A stretch of DNA of 64,000 bases from Vicugna vicugna (lineage: Eukaryota): the NCBI GenBank assembly GCA_013265495.1, contig MU058045.1, positions 903,986-967,985 of the forward strand. The letters are read 5' to 3'. Positions 36,906 through 49,378 of this stretch are shown here, piece by piece. Below the pieces are notes generated by a model, which worked only from the letters and a program-made list of their open reading frames with translations, was not told the DNA's origin and searched no databases. Position numbers and translations under genes: made by a program. The first letter of the stretch is position 1; every line of letters begins with the position of its first letter.

Positions 36906-38034
36906 ATTAAACCATATTCCCTTTCTGTAAATGCTAGCATTTATGAAAAGATGTCCAAATGCCATGGAAGTTAAATTATGGTCTTAAGGAAGGCATCTCG
37001 GGGGCAAGGGCTTGGTGCAAGAGCCTCAAGACGTAGCAAAGAGTTAATCCCTTGCTCTTCTCAAATGCAAGGCCAAGTTGATCATTGATGTGTAAACACA
37101 CACACACACATAGTACATGAAACTGCAAGCAAGGTATGTTTTAACTATGTGGGGGGTGGGAATTAAGCAACTCCGGTAACTCAGGCGCTGTTCACACCGC
37201 AGTTGATGACTGTTTAACCAAGAGGACGTGAGTGAGCTGAGAATAGCAGTGGGCACAGCATCACTGTACTTAAGGGAGCGCAGAAATAGGCTGTGAACCG
37301 TGAAACGGTCTTTTGTTTTCCTACCATCAGCACATCTTCCTTGCTGATCCGGTATATCAGTCATAGACGCTTTCGCAATGAGGAAGTGTCTAGTTGTAAG
37401 TGCAGATCCATTTGCCAGGGGGCCACACAGAAGGGCCGACGATGAATTTGTTTGTTCAGTTGCTAACAAAGGATTCAAGCACCTCTTTGTGAACCTTTCG
37501 CTCGGGAGCCTGGGCTTTAAAGTTTTTACTGGGATCTTTGCGTGGTTTTTCCTCCCTTTTTCTTGACCCACCCCCACCCCAGTAATAGCGTCAAGCAGAA
37601 AACAGTATTGTTTTTCTCCAGCTTCTAAACGCAAATTAGGCTGATACTTCCCATCGATACCTCTACGTATGTTCAGATCTGTTATTTGTACTAAGGGCAT
37701 CTACATAAAAGTGGGATCTTTGTAATTGCATTTTAAATATTCATTGTGCCTTGTCCTCATTAGAATTCAAAATAGAGCCTCGTCTGAGTCTGACGGACGG
37801 AGCCAATTGTGAAGGCCAGACTGAGCGTTCTGAATGACTCGGGGTGAGGGACAGTGTTGCCTCTCAGCATATTGACTATTACGTAATGTTGTCTAAGCAC
37901 ATGTATTGTGATTTTTCGCAGCGATTCAGTGGTGTGGTTAGAAATTAGCCCAGCTGGCATTGCATTAACAGGATCTCAATCTGGAACCACTGGATTTGCC
38001 TTCCACGCCTCGGAATGTGGTGTCTTAAGGAGGC

Positions 38035-38225
38035 AGAGCAATTTGGTGGTTGAGATGGTCCAGCACAGCCTGGGCGTGGAGCCAGGCAAACCTGGGTCAG
38101 TTTGGGCTCTGCCACTTACAACCTGGGTGAATCTAGGCTCAAAATGAGGGTAACGTGGTTATTCCACAGAGTAAATAAGAGCAAGTTGGGTGGCATAGTG
38201 ACCAGTTCCAGTGAGTCCTCAGTCC
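38035..38225 (+). mobile_element. MIR fragment
   Basis: ggagccaggcaaacctgggt...gctctgccacttacaacctgggtga...aaaatgagggtaa. Confidence 0.55.
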
Positions 38226-39996
38226 ATGGCAGCTATGTGAAAACGTGGGTTGAAGTCGGTCGTTGAGAGCCGCCTTCATAAATGAGACTCAGAGGCTCTT
38301 ACCTCTCTTTAAAGCCAGCCTAGAAAAGTCTTTAAGGAGAATAGTGATGATCTCAGTGAGTCATGCAGGGATGTTGCGGAGCTGGGAAGTTTGCATCCTC
38401 ATTCAGTTAGAAATGGAGTGGATTGTTTTGGGGTTTTTTCCCCCAAATAAACTGAAATTTACAATTTTGTGGCTGGCGCTATTACCAGTCATGAAATTAG
38501 TAAAAGCTACCTCTAGTGCTTATGCAGATGGAGGTGGTGCTGTCTTACGTTTGTATAGCACAAAATTCACTTTTCCTTCTATTAGCTCTTTTGAATCTAA
38601 CCAAAATAGATAAGAAACTGAATTCTACGTTGTCTGGTTTATTTAATGACCTGAGAGACAAGTTAATCTTTCAAGGAGTTTTTAAAACCCTACCACAAAC
38701 ACAAGCAGCTAATTTGGAGCAAAAGAATCACTATATGGATCCTTTTATTTATCTTAACGGTTTATCGAGAATATTCTTTGCTCTTGTTTCCTTATGCCTT
38801 TCTCTTAACGCTCCTTCGTTGAGAGGAGCTGGTTAAATTCCTCAACTCCCCTGTCCTGTACATATGTGTGTGCCTGTCTCTAACCCACTGTCACCTTTCC
38901 TTCAGTCTCTGGAGAGATGCCCTGTCTCCCACTAATGCTTGTCTGCCTCCAGAGCCGCCTTGTCCTGAGCGCTGCCTTTCCCATTCATTCATTCATTCAT
39001 TTCTCCTTCCACACCAACACAGTTACTGGGCATCCTCTGTGTGCCGGGCACCAGGCTCGGTGCTGGAGCTGAAAGGTACCGGCGCCCAGTTCCTGCCCTC
39101 GGGGAACCGAGAGTGGAGGAGAGGGACACTGGGTTCATCGGTCACTTCAGAGACGTGTGCCTGGGCCAGGCTGGGAGCTGGGCGACGGCAGCTTATCAGT
39201 GCTTTCTTTATGTACCGTTAAAATTTTATAAGCCTATGCTACTTTTGTAATTAAAGAATTAAAATTTTAAAGAAGATGTGCTTCTACGCTTAGTATTTTG
39301 ATACTTCTAGTCATTTTTTCTATAAATAGTATTTTGACAAGATGATGATAATACTGTATTTTTAGCCCTTCTTTTTAACGTTTTATTATAAACCTATTTT
39401 TCTTTGAGAACCTTGAATACCATCCTATCAAATAGATGTACTGTCATTTACTTAAGCACTCATGTTTGGGGGCTTTTAGATCATTTTCTCATCCTGCTAT
39501 GTCAGTGACTCTGTCTTCTGTGCATAAAACTTTTCTCTGTATTCAGAACTTCTGTCAGGTAGGGCATTGGTGAGGGCGCTTCCAGGGTCAGGATCAGAGA
39601 CTGCCTCTGGCTGTCTTACATCGACGGGCCCCTGGTTGGAAGGTTGTTTGAGGCCCAGAGAAGTGACAGGGAGTTGGAGGGCCGTCCCTGCACAAGGGGA
39701 GTGAGGACAGGATGCCCCAAGCAGGGTTGTTGCGTGACGCCACTGCCTCTGACCGTCTCCGCCTCTCTCGGTCAGCAGAGGAGCGCCGAGCTGGCTGGCC
39801 TGGCTGCCAAGGGTGGGCAGAGGAAGAGTCTGGCCGAGTTAGACTTCACATGATGGATCTTCCCGTCAGGATGGAAATGGAGGTTGGATCTGAGCAGCCA
39901 GCGGTGGGGGGACCAGAACAAAACATGTTCATTACAGATGTATTTCCCCAGTAGACTTACTCAGGCCCAGGGTGGGAGCATTGCTCACTCAGTATA

Positions 39997-40266
39997 CAAG
40001 CATATGTCAATTTATTGTAATTTGCTTTTATAGTACTTAACAGATACTGCACTTTTTGTTTTTGTTTGGTTTACAAATTGAAAGTTTGCGGCAACCCTGC
40101 ATTGTTAGATAATGGTTATTAGCATTTTTTAGCAATAGAGAATTTTAAAATTATGGTATGTACATTGTTTTTTTAGACATAATGCTTTTGTACCCTTACT
40201 AGACTACAGTACAGTGTAAACATAACGTATATGCTTGTGTGGCTTGCTTTCTTGTGATATTTGCTA
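39997..40266 (+). mobile_element. Internally deleted Tigger1 derivative
   Basis: TA then a Tigger1 5' end (cagatactgc...tttacaaattgaaagtttgcggcaaccctgc) fused to the Tigger1 3' region (ttagcattttttagcaat...ggtatgtacattg...agacataatgct...tagactacagtacagtgtaaacataac). Confidence 0.85.
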
Positions 40267-42506
40267 GAAGAGAGAGACCGGCAGGCTGGGACCAGCTCAT
40301 GCAGAGTGGTTGTGCTAATTCAGTCTCCCTTTGTCTGTCTTTATCCCTCTGCTGTCTTCTATTGAAGACCTACCGGGGCTCAGTCCTTTGCTTTTTTTTT
40401 TTTCTTGGCACTTTCTTCTTTAAGCTACTTCATCAACTCTTGGATGGGCTTGTGGGCCACTCACAGCTCTGCATCTCAGACCCGGATGTCACCTGAATCT
40501 CAAGGTCTCTGTCTCCATCTGCCACCTGGTTTCTCCTGACTGCGCCCCACTTCCTCTCAGTCTGTACGTGTCCTTTATGGACTTGTTGTCTTTAGCCCTG
40601 GGTAAGCTTCCTCTGCCACTGCTTCCCATTTCCTCAGGCTGGAAACTTCCTTCTCCCTTGCACGTACCTTCAGGGGCCAGACGGAACCCTTCACGAGGGC
40701 AGCGGGCCACTGTGCTTACCTCCAGGGCAAATGAGAGAGTGGACCAGAGTTTTGCCAAGTGGGAATGCGAAGCCAGATCACCTGTGTGTTTATTTTTTTT
40801 TACAAGATGCCTGAAATCTGGATCTTGAAGTGAGTCTCCCGATATCTTAGTGTTGACAGCAAATGAACATCTTAAAAATTCCACATGGGCCAAACAAAAT
40901 GAGTGGTGCTGTTCTGCACTTGGGGCCTCTCTCTCTCCTCTGTGTGGTCAAGCCCTGGGCCTGTCTGAGGATGACTCTGAAATCTCTCCCCGCCACCCCC
41001 ATCATCGCTTTCTCCTCTCACCACTCTGTTTCTGGCTCTAGCCACAGTGATGTACCCATTAAAAATAATAACGAAGACGTCTGTTTATTGGTACAGGAAA
41101 AGGTGCATGATTGTAACTTTGATCTTATTTGCATACACTGTGGCCCCCATGCTGTGGATTTGGTATTTGAACACAGCAAATGTCTGCCCGGCTACCAGTG
41201 TTACCAAGACAAATGAGATGAGTCCCGCTGATTACGGTTCCCTTATTTCTTAAATATACCTTTTTCAGTTGATTTAGAACTGTTTCCTTCCCTCGCCATA
41301 ATCTGCTGTATGTTTTAAAGACACGACCGTTCTCCATTGTGGAGACAAGATACGAGGCAGTGAAACCATAAGAGCGTAAAATTCTTAGGAGACCTGCTTC
41401 TGAAATCCTAGAGAACGCTGCAGTGCTCTGATGAATACGCTGGAATTGCTCGATTCTCATTTCAGGAGCTAAAATGAGCAATGTGCACACCCACCCTTCT
41501 CTTGGCGCTTGTAAATACTCCCCTCAGGGGCCCGTGGGTGCTCGTGACGTTTGTGTAATGCACGTGTGACGCGTTTGTGGCCAGATGTCTTTTACATGTG
41601 ACCACATCACTGTCACCCGCGTTGGTTTTGGGTTCCTGCTGTGGAAAAGCCTGTTTTTCTGCTAACAGCATTTGTTTGGGGATTGAGAGGAGGAGCAATA
41701 GGTTCCAGTGTTGATGCTTCAGCTTAATCCAGGCAAAATGAAGCCTCTGCGAGACGCGCAAAATTGGAAAACCTGTATTTAATGGAAGGTGATTGATAAG
41801 GGCTGACAGCCTCAGAGGCCGCCACGCTTTTATAATCTGTTACGAGGCAGTGACTTTTGCTGTCATCGAGGGGCCAGAAATGATCACAAAGGAGAATCAT
41901 CTTTTGATTATTGTTTTTGCTCGGTGTGGGTTGAAAAGATAAGGTGTGATTTCCAAGAGCAACTTCTGTTGTTATGGGGTAATAATTACACCGTGCAGGC
42001 TTGGCTGGTGCTGCTCCCCTGGGACGTGTTTGTGCATGTTTTCTGGCCCTGTCTGCTCAATGGTGAGTCCGTCTGCTTTCAGCCAGCACCGCAGGACCAG
42101 CAGGTACTGGCTGAGGTTAGAAGGACATCGGTGGGCCTGGGAGAGAGCATGTTTTGTGTGCTCAAGGTGTTCTTTACCTCGATTATTTGTCTACTACTTA
42201 GAGGAAGAAAAGCACCCCAAATCCTGCTCAAGGTGTCTTGCCAGCCCAACCTAACTTTTCAAGAGTTCAGCATTACGCTCTCCCTCATGCATCAATTTTA
42301 TTTTATATTTGTAAATTGAAATGAAGAATTGGATTCTAGTTGTGACCGAAATTACTGAAACTGGGTGAGTCCAGGAAGGAAGTCACCTGATGTCATTTTT
42401 ACACGTAAGATCGACAGTGGAGACTAAACGGTCTTTGAGGTTGCATCCGACTCTGCCACCCACTTTCGTACCCCTTTGAAGACGGTTAGCGCCTTCCCTC
42501 CGCCCG

Positions 42507-42636
42507 GCGTGTGCACGCACGCGCACACACACAGGTAAATCAGATATGAGCCAGGGCGAAGCGTGTGCACGCACTCGCGCGCGCACGCACGCACGCACGC
42601 GCACACACACAGGTAAATCAGATATGAGCCAGGGCG
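42507..42636 (+). repeat. Tandem duplication of a unit containing an alternating purine-pyrimidine tract
   Basis: gcgtgtgcacgcac...gcgcacacacacaggtaaatcagatatgagccagggcg at 42507-42558 and 42561-42636; the second copy has an expanded (GCAC)/(GC) tract. Confidence 0.92.
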
Positions 42637-44287
42637 CTGGGCCAGAACTTTGTTGATTTCCTTTCATACAGGGAGGTTGGCACTTGCAGAGTCAGGTCCT
42701 TCCTGAATGGGGACTTTCACCTTCAGTGTTATGTATTCCTGCATCTATTGAAAAAAATTGTTGTCAAACATGTATTTTTTTCTCATCACAACAAAACAAA
42801 GAAGATAGGGAAATTTTTTAATGGAAGATACAGAGAAAGTTTGTTGGGTTTTAATGTATTTGTGTAGGAAAATAAAGGAATGGGGTTACTGAGCGTAACT
42901 TCTGGGTTCAGTGTTCATAAGTGACTGGTAGAGATTCCTCACACTTTTCTCTCAAGTTGGCGTTAACAGCTCTAGGGCTATTTTTAGTTGAATTTTTAAA
43001 AAGTTAGCTGTGTTTTTTTGAAAAACGTTTCCTAAAATTTAAGTTCTTGGTACATGTTTTCACGCCTCTCTCGCCTCTTAAAAATTGTCACTGTAAAATG
43101 GATTAAATGGACATGTGGCCGATTTCAGGGTTATTCAAGTCACAGTTGTTCACAAGTGGATTATCTTCTTTGTGTATTATTGAAACGGAAATTCAGATAG
43201 GATGGCCTTCCTGACTTCCAGTGCCTGCCGCCCTGTTGCAGAGGCTCCCTCGCCCCAGCCAGTTACTGGTGTGTGCCCAGAGAATGAGATAGTTTTACTT
43301 CAACAAGAGCCGTGACCCCAGTGTTGCTTATGAGATACAGTAACCACTGATAAATAAAGCTGAGTAGAAACAAAGTGAAAGGAGTTGTCGTATCTTCAGG
43401 AATTATAATAATTAATACCTGGCAACTGTAATTTCTCACTGTTCAGAACATCTCTGCTGCCCTGTCCACGAGTAAGTCCCTGCGCCGACTTCTGCTCACT
43501 GAGCATCGTGGTTCACGGCAGTGCCCATGTGAAAAGCGGCTCAGCCGCAGGGTGGTGCATCCAGTCCAGGGCCCTGATATTAATGTTTAAAGACCTTGAC
43601 CCTAGGCCTGGTTGCATTAATGACAGGTTCTCTCAGCTCTAGGGATCCGTCCATCGGCTCCAGCAGAGCCTCACCAGCGACGCAGTTCTTCTTCGCTGGC
43701 TCACCTTTTCTTTCCATCTCAGAGCCAAGCAGTAATGTCAATTTCCAGTCACTGAACCAGCATTAAATTCCTTAGAAAGATTGATTCGGGGCTCATTTTA
43801 AATCACTGTGGGGTTTTCTCTATCTACAAGTGTGAACACTGAGATCAATTTCTCCGGATTAGCAGCAAAATTGTCTTCGTATTGGACTTGGGCGTCAGCA
43901 GTCCGTGTCGCGGGCCTCCGCCCACCGAGGGCGCGCCTGCAGCTCGCACCCCGCTGCCCGGGCCACCGGAGCCTGCGGGGGGTGCCCGCCGGGGCCTTGG
44001 TGGGGCGTACGTCTGCTGAGCAGCCTCCAGTGTTCTTCCACGAGTTGATTTATGGTGATAAGAGCCCTCCTTTCTGTTTTGGCCCACAAAGCCGGTAATT
44101 CCTTTCAAAATGACATTTGGATTTTTAAACATAAGAGAGGTCTTATTTCTTTAAAAAAGTTTTCCACAAAGATGGATCTGAGATTTTTCATCATTGTATT
44201 GACATTTGTCTGGTATGACTTCTTACCTATAAGCACACAGAGAAATGGAAAGAAAATTGAAAGGGGTCCCTTTTAAAGATGAATAAA

Positions 44288-44398
44288 TACGGTGGTGATT
44301 GTAGCACGACAGTGTGAATGTGCTTAGTCCCACTGAACCGTGCGCTTAGAAACACTTAAGGCAGTAAATTTTGTTATGTGTATTTACCACAATAAAGA
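44288..44398 (+). mobile_element. LINE-1 (L1MB-like) 3' tip
   Basis: ggtggtgattgtagcacgacagtgtgaatgtgcttagtcccactgaaccg...gtaaattttgttatgtgtatttaccacaataaa. Confidence 0.75.
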
Positions 44399-46149
44399 TT
44401 TTTTTTCCTATTTACAAAATGAGTGAATACTTGGTGTGCCCCAGTCCATGAGATTATGGCAAAGTTAGAATGATACAAGGTCTAAAATTCCTTGGCATCT
44501 TTGTATGGAGGTTCCATATGACCATTTTTCGTGTGATGTGGTAACAGAATCTTAATTATGATCTGTGTAGCTTTGCTTTAGCCAAATAGAAACAGGAGCA
44601 AAAATGGTCTCAAAAAGTAAAGGACATCTGAAAAAGAAATATAAGTGGGTTAAGCATTATAGTGGCTGGATCTTGTTCTTGCCATTCCTATTAATATTAC
44701 TAAAGCACAGGTAGCTGATCCTTGATATATTCCTCCGTACAAAATATTGGCAACTTATTTCTGAAACCTGGAAGGCGAGGTTTATGCCTGGGCTGTTTGG
44801 TTTGTAGAGACCTCTCCATCCTTAGTTCGACAGCAGGCACGTCTTCCCCTGACTTTTCATTCCTTAGAAGAATCTGGACTCCCAGTGCTCCCAATAGGCA
44901 GTCATCCCCTTCGTGATCCACATGTGCATCTCTTTTGCCTCTTTTTTCAACTCGGCTTTTCATTCTTGTTTTCTTAACGTATCATCTAGAACTGCTTCCT
45001 GTGGTTTTGCTTCCTACGTTAGTACTTCTTAAGGCCCGTCTTGTATTTTTGGTGGCATCTGATGGCTCCAATCAATTCAATACTCAGAATGTGCCAGTGG
45101 CATAAGTTCAAGACCTTGGGCACATTTTTTAGAACAAAAGCCCTCTTAGCCTGTAAGTACTGAAGAAATGTATTTCTAAGCACTTTGCGAAGTAGAGACA
45201 ATGATCGTGACATAAGTTTATATGTAAAGGGAGGGGAAAAGGAGAACCACTGGAAGGAGCTTCTCTGTGTCCTTTGACCGCTTCTTCTAATCCTTACCAA
45301 GCTGAGCATAATGTAACTTGCCTTTGGCAAACCAGAGAAGATTCATCTGCTTAAAGGCATATATGGATTTTGTGGGAAAAGAGAAAATTACTACTTTTCC
45401 AATAGTAACCCTCAAAATGAGCCCAGTGGTTTTGTATCCAAGTCTTTCTGTCCAAGGTGACACACACACTTGTTTATCTATACCACTCAATCTGGGGACT
45501 CTGGAATGCCTGGGAAGCTGTTCAGTTTGTAGATGATGAAAGGTCATGAGGAGCCCTTGCGAGAATTTCTGCTCAGGGATTTGAGGCTCTCTATTCAGCC
45601 TTTCCTCCCAGGGCTGACGTGTTTATTTGGAGGGTAGTAACTCCCTCAGACAGTAATAGCTCTTTTCCACCATATTAACGTTCACAGTTGGGATCAAGCT
45701 CCTTAGCACCAGAGAGAGGATGCTGTAAATAATCCTAAGTAGGTTTCTCTGAGCAAACAGCCCAGTAGCATTAGCGGCCCCCGAGGGGCTCACTTGGACA
45801 GGCTCTGGACCATGACATCAGCCCATCAGGTGGAGCCTCAGCTCGCCCATCTTGAAGCGGCGTCTCCGGCTCTGGGGTCCTGTGCTCTTCCTGTAATCCC
45901 TATGCTCTTCCCTCTCCCCTCCCTCCTCTCTCTCTTTCTAGTGTTTTTTCCTTCCTCTTTCCTGTTTCCTCTCAGTCAGTTCCAGTCTTCTCTCCCCACC
46001 ACTCTTCTCTGTTCATCATCTCAGTCAAGAGTCTGCCTTTTACCGGCCTTACTCCTCAGCCTCACCCCACCCTGTCAGCCAGCATCCATAACGCCCTGCC
46101 ATCCCCTGGCTTGTTTTGTCTGCCCCAGCCAGTTACTGTCTCTCCTTGA

Positions 46150-48140
46150 TATGTCACAGAGCATGGAACCATCTGGGAGTGTGTTACAGAATATAACACA
46201 AAGCATTTCTATGATGCCAGAAATGAGGGAAAGAGCTAAAGGGGATTCCCTGAATGATAGTAGTGAGAAGACCCAGGATATCTTGGTCTGTGCAACAGAC
46301 TGAGAGAAGCACCATTCCAGAACAGAGCTAGTGGTTAGGAGAGAAGATAGAATGGTGTGTTTTCCTACATGAATAACTGCACTGAGAGTCACACTGCTGG
46401 AGAGCATGAGATTTAGTCGAAGGGAATCTAAGCAATGGAAAAAGTAAGGCGATTATTAACTCCAGGAAAACTAAAAGTAATACAAAGAAAGGAAGCATAA
46501 TTATAATGCGTTACTGAATGTGTACATAACCATAATAATGTAGACATTGGTTGTTAATATAAACAAACTGTATGATTTACCTATAAGGAAGATGGGAGAG
46601 GGAAGAGGTGGAATGTAAGAGGTAGATCCCTGTATAATGGAAGAGGAAATAACTATGTATCTAAAATTGATGGAATTTAGAAACTATAGTATGAGCAAGT
46701 CATTTTAAAATGTGGAGGTTAATGATGGAGTATCAGAATGGAAAGGCAGAGTTGCTGTTTTTTTATTATAAACTTTTTTAGAATTATTTGAATTTTTAAA
46801 TTTGTGCATGAATCATTTTGATGCAACAATTTTGTTTAATTTTTAGGTTTGTAGGTTCTATTATAACTTGAGGGGTGTTTCTAAATAGTAAACAGAAATC
46901 TGTTAATTAGAATAACAGGGTTTATTCAGTAAAAAAAGAATTCAGCTAACTTTATAAATAGAGTTCTTTGTCTACCCTTAGTTGGATGTGTTCCCAAGAT
47001 GATGAACTGCAGAAATCTCAAATTCTCCTGTGTTGGTTTGTCTTTGGGAGTGTTATTAGTAGAGTAATTCTGAATCTGTTGTGCGTGTTAGTAAGAGAGA
47101 CTGAGTAAATTTATTGACGCTCTTAGGAACCAGGGAGATACAGATAGCAAATGCGAAAAGTAAGGACAAACTTGATGGTGTTAGATTTGAATTAGAAGTA
47201 TCACTGTAGACTCATGATTTAAAAATAATGACTTTCTTGCTTTTAACCAGTGAAAGAGCCTAGAAGCTGTGATACACCAGTATTTGAGCACAACTTAGCA
47301 CCCAGATCTTAGTTTCTAAATACTGTTCATCACAAACAGGAACCAGGATTCCTCATGGGAACAGCTAATTCCAGGTTTAGGGCAGAGAAATAGAAGGCAA
47401 GTCTAGAACGTCTTGTGTCGGAAGTCAAGGGAATGTGCAAACGATGAGGGCTGGCTCAGAGGGACTTTCACTGTCAAATCTAGGGGCAGCGGAAGCAATT
47501 AGAGTGATGATGCTGTTGTAATAGACACTGGATTTTTTAAGTGCATTTGTGAGTCCACATCAATAGTCAAAAAAGGCAGAAGTGAGGTGGAGAAGGGGGT
47601 ATCTTGCCAATAAATGTAGAAGAATGATAGAATTATGAAGTCATCACTTTGCAGCCACCTTACAATCATTTCAGAGTCATCAGTGGATGCTAAACTCTTG
47701 GGTGAAAGGTTGTGGGGAGTAGGATACTCACAGTCTCGACTTACCAAATTATTGATTACAAAGGAGGAAAGATACTTGAGCAAAGTGATCACACTTAGCA
47801 TCACCAGTGTGAGTGACGACCTAGCACCGCACGGCTCCGAACGTGAAGTAACACATCACCCCAGATCTAACGGAGAGAAACCATCAGAGTATTTCAGATT
47901 GATGGGCAATCTGTAAGACAGCGTCCTAGGCCTTCTGGAAGTGTCATGGAAGAAAGAAAAGGATGGGAGAACTGTTGTAGGTTAAAGGAGGCTGAAGAGA
48001 CGTGACAACTAAATGTAGTTTGTGGTTTCGAGTGGATTCTTGATCAGAACACATACAGCTCTAAGGATGGTTTCAGGATTATGAGGGGGATTTTTTTTCC
48101 TGCTTTTCTGTAGGTTTTAAATCTTTCAAAATGGAAAGTT
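46150..48140 (+). mobile_element. Degenerate old LINE-1 (L1MC/MD/ME-type) 3' region, several fragments
   Basis: A-rich, with motifs such as cacccagatcttagtttctaaatac, gaaccaggattcct, gagacgtgacaactaaatgta that recur in old L1 3' UTRs. Confidence 0.55.
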
Positions 48141-48996
48141 GGTGTGGGGGACACACAGGGAAAATGTAAACAGTGAAGTTTCCCCTGGATGAGTGTCTCA
48201 GTTCACATTTTAGTATGTTGTCTAAGGAGTGACTACAAACCTGGTGAAATGTCTAGGTGTGCCCCCTGGTAAGCCCTTTCCAATCTGGTATGAAACCATA
48301 GGAAGATCTTGAAAGCTGAAGACATCTTATTTGTGCAAGATTTGGTGCATCAGGCAGACGTGAGATTTGCTGCACAGATAGGGTCGTGGGGCTCCGGCCG
48401 CTCAGGAAAGCAACACTGTTCCCATGGTGGCTTTTCTCTGGAGACCTAGGCCGTCAAGAAGACAACAAGCAAAACCAAGCATTGCCCACCCACATATTAC
48501 ACTGTGTGCTTCCTCAGCTGGAATACTTTGTGAGCTTCACAAACATCACAGTTTAGATTTCCATCCTGAAAATCATCATGCTGTGGTGAAACTGTTTGGA
48601 TGTTTATCTTTGCACTAGACCTTGGGCTTCCTGAGGTCTTTCGACTGTGTCTTTCGATTCTGATTCCCAGCAGCTAGCAAAGTGGTGGACTTTGAATTGG
48701 ATTTATTTGAAAGGCAACTGTAGTCACTTGGATGAGGGTGTTCTGAGTCCTCAAACTTTTTGTTAAAGGACTTGTCAGTCTGGAAAGAAGAAATCTGAGT
48801 AAAGATAGAAAGTTTATTTGATTGTGAATGGCAGACATAGGGTTCACTTGGACTTGCTCCTCATGGTCTACAACATTCAAATGTCTAGGAACATTAAAAA
48901 GAAATGTTGTCCATCACATAGGTGAATTCCTTAAGGTGAGTAGCTCACGGCCATGTGCTACTGAGTCATCATTCATTTTGCAAAATCTCTCCCATA

Positions 48997-49378
48997 CCCT
49001 GTACAATGAAATATTATTCAGCCAGAAACAGGAGTGAGGTACTGAGACATAGTACACTACAGATGAACCTTGAAACATTATGTCAAAGGAAAGAAGCCAG
49101 ACCCCAAAGACCGTTTGTATGAAATGTCTAGAAGAGGCAAGTCTGTACAGACAGATAACAGATGAGTGGTTGCCAGGGATTAGGGGTTTGGGAGGAAGGG
49201 GGAGAGACTCTTTAACGGTGGGGGAGGTTTCCTTCCAGGTGGCAAGAAAGTTCTGGAGTTCGCTGGCAGCAGTGGTTGTGGAACATTGTGCACGCGATTA
49301 ATGCCAATGAGTGTACGTGGTAAAATGGTAAATTTTATGCTATGTGTATTTTACTACAATTTTTTAAAAAAAGAAAAA
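48997..49378 (+). mobile_element. Old LINE-1 (L1MB-like) 3' end
   Basis: acaatgaaatattattcagcc...gatgaaccttgaaacattatg...gaaagaagccagac...aaaatggtaaattttatgctatgtgtattttactacaat then an A-tract. Confidence 0.85.

Noticed and set aside
37044..37700. 218-aa ORF on the minus strand
   Set aside because: No recognisable domain, non-ATG start, runs through a (CA)n tract (VCVCV); consistent with a chance intronic ORF.
39997..40237. Apparent TIR pair caagcatat / atatgcttg suggesting a complete novel MITE
   Set aside because: Tigger1 similarity continues past 40237, so the right-hand match looks like a chance product of a small deletion.
45794..46407. 169-aa and 110-aa ORFs with hydrophobic stretches
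   Set aside because: Derived from a CT-rich low-complexity tract and old L1 sequence; no splice or homology support.
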